In this document: one piece after another, positions 57,171 to 64,000 of the stretch
Layout: every line of letters begins with the position of its first letter
How positions within the stretch are numbered: the stretch's first letter is position 1
Source: an uncultured virus (IMG/VR IMGVR_UViG_3300017950_001657)
Lineage: Duplodnaviria; Heunggongvirae; Uroviricota; Caudoviricetes
Reading direction: 5' to 3' (one strand)
DNA length: 64,000 nt
IMG/VR virus record: IMGVR_UViG_3300017950_001657
Translations under genes and position numbers: made by a program
Notes under the pieces: model-generated
What the model was told of the DNA's origin: nothing
The model's database searches: none
What the model saw: the letters and a program-made list of their open reading frames with translations, nothing else

Positions 57171-58125
57171 GATACTGCTCCCTATTATTAATTAAAAAAT
57201 TAGTTTCCTGTTCAATCCAATTGAGTGTGTTTAGACTGCGTTGGACATTCTTTCGATACACATTTCTATTATGATTAAATCTAGATTCGAGTTGAACGAT
57301 ATCATATTCTGTTAACGGTATTTTACTTAACCTCAATACTTCTTGCTGGAATCTCCACATACGGACATCATGATTAGACTCATTGTCAAAACTTGTATCA
57401 ACAATGTTATCAAAAACATCAAATCCTAAATTTTTAAGATACTGGTAAGTGCCCCTGGGTCCATAGATAAGAGGTATGTAGCCCCATAAAAAAGGTTTAA
57501 TACTTTTTTCTGTTAATCCTATATAATTTTCTGTACAGTAGGTTTCTGCACATACGTCAAACAAAAAGTTATGCACAGGATAGAAGTTTCCTACATTGGG
57601 ACCTATATCCCTATGTACTTTGTCCTCCAAAAAGTTTTTATACGGTTGTTCTATTTCATCTTCTATATAGCCGCGCTGGCTATTATTATTATAACTTGCA
57701 TATGATAAATCTAATAACTGGTTGTCTTTAAAAAAATAAAATAGTTCTTTTCTTGGCTTAGTAGGTCGGTTGTTAAGGAAACAAAAAGTTTTCTCAAGGG
57801 AGACTTTCCTAAGTTTAGGCAACTCATCAAAAGTATGATCAAAATTTACAGCATTCTGAAATTTTAAAAATAATAATTCGGGTCTATAAACATAGTTAAA
57901 GTTTGAAAAATGATTGATAAACAGAGAGGGATAATAACAAAAACTGTACAGTCTGTAATATTTTGTGTAAAGGTTGTTTATTTTTTTGTCAGTAACCTGT
58001 TTTACCCATTCAACAATATCTTTATCAAAATTGTCGTCCCAATGGATTAATGTTACTATACTCGACCGTTCGTTTTTCCAGTAAATATCATGGTAAATTT
58101 CAAAATTTGATAATTTAGGAATCAC
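57160..58125 (-). CDS. GT10-like family protein (paralog 2)
   Basis: AET...LTEKSIKPF...PLIYG. Confidence 0.5.
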   Translation of the reverse strand: MIPKLSNFEIYHDIYWKNERSSIVTLIHWDDNFDKDIVEWVKQVTDKKINNLYTKYYRLYSFCYYPSLFINHFSNFNYVYRPELLFLKFQNAVNFDHTFDELPKLRKVSLEKTFCFLNNRPTKPRKELFYFFKDNQLLDLSYASYNNNSQRGYIEDEIEQPYKNFLEDKVHRDIGPNVGNFYPVHNFLFDVCAETYCTENYIGLTEKSIKPFLWGYIPLIYGPRGTYQYLKNLGFDVFDNIVDTSFDNESNHDVRMWRFQQEVLRLSKIPLTEYDIVQLESRFNHNRNVYRKNVQRSLNTLNWIEQETNFLINNREQYLGF

Positions 58126-58585
58126 TTAATTGCTCCACTGGTATGTTACATTCCTGCAGAAACTTTAGTCCAGCATCCAGTCTATATGGATGCACATAAT
58201 ACACTTCACTAATGCCGCTTTGATATAAAAGTTTAGCACATTCCATACAAGGTTGATGTGTTATAAAAGCACTGGCACCTTCGCCGCTCTCACTACAGCG
58301 AGCAAGTTTCGCGATAGCATTAGACTCTGCATGAAGCACTTCTGGTTTAGTAACTAACTCCTTTGTTACCTCAATCTTAGATACTTTAGAAAAGACCTCA
58401 TCTTCACATTCATTAGTCCAGCCGCTGGGCATCCCATTGTAGCCAATGCTAATAACACGATTGTCTTTAACAATCACACAACCAACCTTTAATCTGACAG
58501 CAGTACTACATTCAGCATATGCAAACGCTGCTTTCATGTGTGCTACTTTGTGCTTTTCTTTCACAGTCCTAAATCCATTCTCCAT
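58115..58585 (-). CDS. dCMP deaminase
   Basis: VGCVIV, GYNG, HAESNA and PCMEC. Confidence 0.93.
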   Translation of the reverse strand: MENGFRTVKEKHKVAHMKAAFAYAECSTAVRLKVGCVIVKDNRVISIGYNGMPSGWTNECEDEVFSKVSKIEVTKELVTKPEVLHAESNAIAKLARCSESGEGASAFITHQPCMECAKLLYQSGISEVYYVHPYRLDAGLKFLQECNIPVEQLSDS

Positions 58586-58893
58586 GGATACATCGTATAG
58601 CCAAGAGGACGTAAGACGAACTCTTCAAATAGTATAATGACAACAATACCAAATACCCATTGCACCCAACGTGGCCATGTTGCTTGCCAGCGTGTAAATG
58701 GACGTAATATCCATGCCAATATATTGGTTACCTTGCCCCAGAACCAATCACCTACACTAAAGGGAGGAACTTTCCACAGTACTACAGGAACTATTAACCA
58801 CCATACCCACTGTGGATAATCATCATTAGGATCATCTATTACAATCATTAGAACTAGTAGTGCTAGTAGGTATGCACCGATCCATTTTTTCAT
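58561..58893 (-). CDS. Trp-rich membrane protein
   Basis: Hydrophobic segments; fills the gap in the operon. Confidence 0.6.
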   Translation of the reverse strand: MKKWIGAYLLALLVLMIVIDDPNDDYPQWVWWLIVPVVLWKVPPFSVGDWFWGKVTNILAWILRPFTRWQATWPRWVQWVFGIVVIILFEEFVLRPLGYTMYPWRMDLGL

Positions 58894-58898
58894 ATGTG

Positions 58899-60425
58899 CT
58901 AGGAACATACTCTTACTCCATATTTCTTTTCAAAACGATTTGCGTCTGTGCGATCATTTACCATTGGCTCTCCACGAATATTAAGACTAGTGTTTAGTAG
59001 CATAGGACAGTCCGTTAACACATACCATTTCTCTAATAAATCTCTAGCACCCGTCTTATCATCCTTGCCCACGGTTTGCACACGGCTCGTACCGTCATGA
59101 TGTACAATGGCAGGAAAACGTTCAGGGTGCTTGCACTTATAGGTATGTTGCATATATGGACTTTTATCCCCGTCCATTTTAAAATAATCTTGTGCATGTT
59201 CCTCGAGTATCATAGGCGCAAAAGGTCTAAACTTTTGTCTACGTTTGATTTCGTTTACGCGGTCCTTGATATCTGCACCACGTGGATCAGCAAGTAGACT
59301 ACGATTACCTAGGGCACGTGGACCAAACTCTGCACGACCACTTGCAACTCCTACAATACCTTCACGCTGTAGCTCACCAATAATCTCTTCACTTGGATAT
59401 TCTCCAGGAATGTTTGTGCCTAAATACGGCCCTTGCCAGTTTAACTGTTTACCATATGCTAGCGCGGCTGCGCCTAGACTTGAACCACAGTCTCCTGGAT
59501 TAGGCATAATCCACATATCATTCCATATATCTCTGATGTGACTGTTTGCCACACAATTAAGAGCAACTCCACCCATGAACACACAATTTTGTAAGTGTAA
59601 ACCCCAACGTGTGCCTGCAAGTTGTCGCATAAAAGTTCCTAAAAAACGTTCTGTGGTTAACTGAGTTGCACGAGCAAGAGTCTCTTTGCCGTATTCAGCA
59701 CCAAACTCGTATTCTATGCCTGTATGAAAGTTTCGTTTAAATTTTTGTTTGTGATCCTGATCAATAGCCATTTCCCATACGTCACGATATGCATCTTTTT
59801 TACCGTATGCAGCCATACCCATTAGAATGTATTCTTCTTCCATAGGCTTCAAGCCTACACGATGTGTCATAGCACTATAAAATAAACCTAGACTATGAGG
59901 ATAAAGCTGACGATATAATCTTTGATATTGTGCATGACCATCGTCGTCATACCAAGCTCGCCATGCTGTAATAGTATCCCATTCTCCTATGGCATCGATG
60001 ACGACAACCATTGCTTCTTCAAATGGGCTAGTTTGAAATCCTGCTGCTGCATGACTCAAGTGATGGCTGTATGTACGAATTCTTCTAGTAGGTCGACTGT
60101 CCATGCTAACAGATGTTGGCATAACATCATTGAGGTAAGGACTTAGATGTGCCCTAGGACTTTTATCGTTCAAAGCCTTTCGCCATTCACCGCTATAAAT
60201 TTGACGTGTCTTTTTTAGCCAAGGACGTTCATACCATGCAATTACATCAGGCATCCCGTATCCTAGTGCCTCTTGCATAATGCCATCATTAAGTTCAGCA
60301 TCATTTTTAATTTTGCTATAGCGTTCGCTATGACCAGCAAATAATATATTGCCGTTACCGTCTACAACACTCACACCAGCATCATGAAAGCCGGCGCTCA
60401 CACCCATGTATGTTTTAATTTTCAT
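58899..60425 (-). CDS. Carbamoyltransferase (NodU/CmcH family)
   Basis: HDAG, HHLSHA, GGVALN, EFGPRALGNRS, FRPFAP and NTSLN. Confidence 0.95.
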   Translation of the reverse strand: MKIKTYMGVSAGFHDAGVSVVDGNGNILFAGHSERYSKIKNDAELNDGIMQEALGYGMPDVIAWYERPWLKKTRQIYSGEWRKALNDKSPRAHLSPYLNDVMPTSVSMDSRPTRRIRTYSHHLSHAAAGFQTSPFEEAMVVVIDAIGEWDTITAWRAWYDDDGHAQYQRLYRQLYPHSLGLFYSAMTHRVGLKPMEEEYILMGMAAYGKKDAYRDVWEMAIDQDHKQKFKRNFHTGIEYEFGAEYGKETLARATQLTTERFLGTFMRQLAGTRWGLHLQNCVFMGGVALNCVANSHIRDIWNDMWIMPNPGDCGSSLGAAALAYGKQLNWQGPYLGTNIPGEYPSEEIIGELQREGIVGVASGRAEFGPRALGNRSLLADPRGADIKDRVNEIKRRQKFRPFAPMILEEHAQDYFKMDGDKSPYMQHTYKCKHPERFPAIVHHDGTSRVQTVGKDDKTGARDLLEKWYVLTDCPMLLNTSLNIRGEPMVNDRTDANRFEKKYGVRVCS

Positions 60426-60523
60426 TTGTAAATAAAAGGATCTCTTTTACGTAGTTCTTTTAGTCGCTTGCGATACTGTATCTCAAGTTTAATTCTATTA
60501 ATAAGGTTGCGAATCCATTTCAT
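60422..60523 (-). CDS. Small basic protein (33 aa)
   Basis: MKWIRNL...RKRDPFIYK, coupled to both neighbours; not in the ORF track. Confidence 0.65.
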   Translation of the reverse strand: MKWIRNLINRIKLEIQYRKRLKELRKRDPFIYK

Positions 60524-61593
60524 TATAATAATCCTAGTGCTTGCATCTGCACATTTTCATAGTCTTCATCGTCTACAGTATAATTAAAGTAGTAGGGAAC
60601 ACCATCTACTTCAATAATATGTATGTTTAAGAGAGGGCTCATCATATCCCAAATCTGTTCAGGATCGGTTGTTCCAAAACTACTTAGTACATCTACTTGC
60701 CCTAGTGGCAAATAACCTAAACTAAGCATGGGATCATTTATGTCTTTACTGTTTTCTGTAAGCCAAGAGTAATACTTGTCCATAGTACTATCATGCCAGG
60801 GTTGATCACCACCACGTACTACATCACGACCCCATTCAATATCAAACTCTCCGCTATAATATTTTAAATCTGTAATTGCTTCGCATACAGCATTGGTAAG
60901 TTTAGGCGCACCTTCATCACGGAAAACTTCGAAGTATGTTTTACCGATCTGACACCAGTGCATATAAACACCACCAAATACACGATCATATCCGTTAGTT
61001 ATAAATCCATCGCGATATTCGTCTTGTAAATGTAAGCGTGGAGCATTTAAAAATGTAGTGATCTGGCTAGGACGAGTCCAGTAGGGATTACGCTCATGCT
61101 TTACACGACTAAGAATATACGATTCCATTTCGTGGCACAGATTATTCAATTGTCTGATACTATACTTTACATATGGGTTAGCTTCATGATAGTACTGGCT
61201 CATGTTGCCAACCGTGCCTTGTAATATTTCAAAATGATTGTGTAGCATATTAAACGTGTCGTGTTTAATATACTCAGGATCTTTATCAAACTTATATTTG
61301 TCTGGATGGTACCAAACAGTATCCAGAGTATACTCTTCATCAATATTATATTTTAGAGGGCTCCTATTAATACGAGTAATATGCCGATTAAGGTCAGATA
61401 GCATTGCTTCCAGACCACGTGTCTGTTTTGGAAACCCCATAAAGCAAAAGTTCTTTTCCAAGTGTAGCCCACGCTCGAGAATATCTACTAGAGCAGACTT
61501 CCATGCACGAGCCAAGGGAATATCGTGGGGAGTTATTGTGTAGTCTAACTCACCGCCACCTTTGTAAGGGCTTTTAAGAACTACTCGTATCAA
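60523..61593 (-). CDS. Hypothetical protein
   Basis: 356-aa operon-tiling ORF. Confidence 0.75.
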   Translation of the reverse strand: MIRVVLKSPYKGGGELDYTITPHDIPLARAWKSALVDILERGLHLEKNFCFMGFPKQTRGLEAMLSDLNRHITRINRSPLKYNIDEEYTLDTVWYHPDKYKFDKDPEYIKHDTFNMLHNHFEILQGTVGNMSQYYHEANPYVKYSIRQLNNLCHEMESYILSRVKHERNPYWTRPSQITTFLNAPRLHLQDEYRDGFITNGYDRVFGGVYMHWCQIGKTYFEVFRDEGAPKLTNAVCEAITDLKYYSGEFDIEWGRDVVRGGDQPWHDSTMDKYYSWLTENSKDINDPMLSLGYLPLGQVDVLSSFGTTDPEQIWDMMSPLLNIHIIEVDGVPYYFNYTVDDEDYENVQMQALGLL

Positions 61594-62872
61594 TGCTTGC
61601 CCACCATTGCTTTAGTTTACCATACACCCAAGGATCATTACCAATTCTTAAGGTATCTATAAACTTTAAACCACTCCTACGACTGTCGTATAGGTCCATT
61701 CGTTTTTTGGCTTTTCGTCTAGCCTCTTGATATGTGTCGGGATACTCTTCAGCAAACGTAGGCCGATTGAGTAAGTTTACCAACACATCATGCATTGCCC
61801 CATTGGTTAGAGGAAGTACACGATTTATTATAGCATGAAGCTCTTGCTTGGGCAAGAATAAAGGAGACATTGCAATATCTGGCGTAAACGCAAAACACAC
61901 CTTTACTAATAGATCCACATTTAACTCATTGGCTAGCTCTTGTATTTTTAGAATTTGGCCTAGTCCAGGCGTAGTTAGTGTAAAGTCCAGTCGCATTTGT
62001 CTACGATGCTTGCTATGTTCTAAACCTTGCTTGAAGTTTTCTATAAACTTGTTATAGTTTAATCCAGTACGTATGTACTCTCCAACCTCACCAACACCGT
62101 CAAGGCTAGCACAGATTTGCCAGTCTCTTACCTTCGCAAGTATGTCAGTATAAAGGTTGCAACCACCTAACTCAATACGGCTAAGGTTGGTATTGTACCT
62201 AGCGTATATACGTGGACCATCTCCAAGTTCTATAATGCGTTGCATATACCGCCAGTGCTGTTCATACATAAGTGGCTCTCCGCCCACCCAGTATATTTCC
62301 TCAACGCGATGTTCCTCGACTGCACTAGCAAACTCCTGTTCTACAGTATCTTTTTGAAACTGGTCAATGGCTTGCTTTACAGATGTTTCCATCCAAGGTT
62401 CTATTTTACCATCCATACGTGCTTCTGCTTCCCAACTGCTACTCAGCATTGGACCGCACATACGACACTTAAAGTTGCATAGGTTAGTAAAACGATAGTC
62501 CCAACTAACAGGCTGCATACTAGTATAGCCTGTGTCATCCGTTGTTCGTGCTATGTCATCATACTTGTGTTTGAATAAATGCCAAAAGTAATCACGGTAA
62601 ACATCTGTGTTAAGTAACTTCTTGTCACATACTTCACACTCAGGTGGTAGTTCGTTTGCTAGCATTTGACGTCGTACTCTGCGAATATGTTCGCCATTCC
62701 ACCATTCTTCTAGTGTTTGTGGCACATATTCATTTGTGCCATCAGCAGTGTCTATATACTGACGGAAGTTTTGTGCAGGTTCTCTGCTAGCACAACATAA
62801 CCTACGCTCTGTCTGTGGACTTAGATAGGTATGCGTCCAGGGAGCCATACATAGGTTATCTGGTTTATCCAT
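61574..62872 (-). CDS. Radical SAM protein with N-terminal twitch/SPASM-like Cys cluster
   Basis: CMAPW...CC...CEVC, CNFKCRMC and GGEP. Confidence 0.9.
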   Translation of the reverse strand: MDKPDNLCMAPWTHTYLSPQTERRLCCASREPAQNFRQYIDTADGTNEYVPQTLEEWWNGEHIRRVRRQMLANELPPECEVCDKKLLNTDVYRDYFWHLFKHKYDDIARTTDDTGYTSMQPVSWDYRFTNLCNFKCRMCGPMLSSSWEAEARMDGKIEPWMETSVKQAIDQFQKDTVEQEFASAVEEHRVEEIYWVGGEPLMYEQHWRYMQRIIELGDGPRIYARYNTNLSRIELGGCNLYTDILAKVRDWQICASLDGVGEVGEYIRTGLNYNKFIENFKQGLEHSKHRRQMRLDFTLTTPGLGQILKIQELANELNVDLLVKVCFAFTPDIAMSPLFLPKQELHAIINRVLPLTNGAMHDVLVNLLNRPTFAEEYPDTYQEARRKAKKRMDLYDSRRSGLKFIDTLRIGNDPWVYGKLKQWWASIDTSSS

Positions 62873-63848
62873 TTATAAACTCTAGTATTTTTTCTTTAGT
62901 TTGCATGTTGCGTTTGTTAATCACATCAAAAAACTTATTGTAAAAATAGTCATAATTATAATCAACTTGATCCTGTTGGTCGAGATCAAAACTAAAGTTG
63001 CTTATTAAGTTTTTGACATAATCAACTCTTTCGAAATCCCATTCTTCGTCCCAATTAATACCAAAATAATCTTCAAACGTTTCAAATCCTAATCCACGTA
63101 ACCGTGCGTAGCCTAATCTTTGTCCAGTCATTACAAACATACTCTTTGATACTATTGGTTTAATAATTTTTTCTGTCAAATAACCATGCAATCTGTTATC
63201 ATGACTATTGCATAAACTTTCATTTGTCCAAATTAATTTGCAATCATTACAAATTACATTGTCAGTTGACCATTGATCTCCGGCGATACTGCGTTTTGGT
63301 ATATTATATTTTGACTGATACGTCGGGTTAACCGGGTTTTCCAACCACGTATACTGTGTATCAGGATAATTATCCAACAGATGTTTGAGTATTTCCTCTT
63401 TATGCCAATCAGCTCTACGATTTAGACAACCAAATGTATATTGCCTTTGGTTTAAATTCTTTCTTGGTATTTTTGCAAACCATTTAAAATTAGGATGTGT
63501 ATACCAGTGTAAATGTTCCATATGAAAATATGTTACATCTAAGGTGTTCACAGTGTCACCTAAATGTTGACTTGTTATTATAATTTTTCTGCCGGTATAC
63601 TTCTTTATGGTGTCTACCAAGTCAATATTCTCACATTCGCCTAAATTTGTTATAATATAGGTATCGTAACCTTTGGGGGGCGGCTTTTGACTCCAATCTC
63701 CTGTCATTACAAGATACGTATTGGTTTTATCTGTGACGTGTTTTAAAAATTCTAGATCTGTGCCACACTCTTGATAATATTTTCCAAATTCATAATTGTC
63801 TAGTGTACCATTATACAAGGTAAAGCCTAATATTTCCCATTCATTCAT
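62865..63848 (-). CDS. GT10-like family protein (paralog 3)
   Basis: NES...YLTEKIIKPI...LGFETF. Confidence 0.5.
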   Translation of the reverse strand: MNEWEILGFTLYNGTLDNYEFGKYYQECGTDLEFLKHVTDKTNTYLVMTGDWSQKPPPKGYDTYIITNLGECENIDLVDTIKKYTGRKIIITSQHLGDTVNTLDVTYFHMEHLHWYTHPNFKWFAKIPRKNLNQRQYTFGCLNRRADWHKEEILKHLLDNYPDTQYTWLENPVNPTYQSKYNIPKRSIAGDQWSTDNVICNDCKLIWTNESLCNSHDNRLHGYLTEKIIKPIVSKSMFVMTGQRLGYARLRGLGFETFEDYFGINWDEEWDFERVDYVKNLISNFSFDLDQQDQVDYNYDYFYNKFFDVINKRNMQTKEKILEFING

Positions 63849-63999
63849 AACCTATTAATCTCGCAACTTCTGGATGTGTATCTGCAAAACTTACGCCTCT
63901 AAACTTATCTGTCTCACGTATTTTTGCAAATATCTTCTCTGGATCAATTACAGGCTGAGAAAGTGTAATTGCTTTAATACTACGGATCTGATCTGCATA
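63841..63999 (-). CDS. Partial CDS (C-terminus), possibly another radical SAM protein
   Basis: Open to TGA at 63843-63841; D..R..SF...HPE tail. Confidence 0.45.
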   Translation of the reverse strand, partial: YADQIRSIKAITLSQPVIDPEKIFAKIRETDKFRGVSFADTHPEVARLIGYE

Positions 64000-64000
64000 G

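Noticed and set aside
79..62482. Many antisense or alternate-frame ORFs in the track (e.g. 79-393, 4926-5384, 13422-14024, 20473-21090, 47910-48344, 49800-50321, 51080-51538)
   Set aside because: They are shadows of well-supported genes, lack an SD or promoter, and have atypical composition.
1..64000. Stop-codon reassignment, introns/inteins, tRNA genes
   Set aside because: Genes tile densely under the standard code and end in TAA, TAG or TGA. PolB, ThyX and ClpA are uninterrupted, and I saw no cloverleaf in the few intergenic gaps (by eye only).

Overview
This is a gene-dense 64-kb piece of a large tailed dsDNA phage, probably a T4-like/jumbo myophage. The evidence is T4-type TATAAATA late promoters, a family-B DNA polymerase, a gp45-like clamp, a T4-like RNase H, ThyX and dCMP deaminase. 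It uses the standard genetic code, and I found no tRNA, rRNA, CRISPR array or mobile element. Blocks in order: (1) 1-9.7 kb: DUF59 fragment, PiT-like transporter, hydrolase, DnaJ, ClpA, glycosyltransferase-like genes. (2) 9.7-17.2 kb: a cluster of probable capsid-internal proteins with T4-CTS-like N-termini, including a 1261-aa modular polyprotein whose module junctions carry 13-bp direct repeats. (3) A MotA/MotB-like trio, then replication genes. (4) 24-43 kb: a dispersed 7-deazaguanine pathway (TGT/DpdA-like, QueD-like, FolE, YhhQ, QueD, QueE) interleaved with sugar-nucleotide genes, PurT and a lipidated subtilisin autotransporter. The queD leader resembles a preQ1-I riboswitch coupled to an SD-occluding hairpin. 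(5) 47.8-51.7 kb: a divergent early island with five related sigma70-type promoters and a split vWA/MoxR pair. (6) 53-64 kb: nucleotide metabolism and a minus-strand glycan-tailoring cluster. Product calls come from motifs read by eye; no database searches were run.
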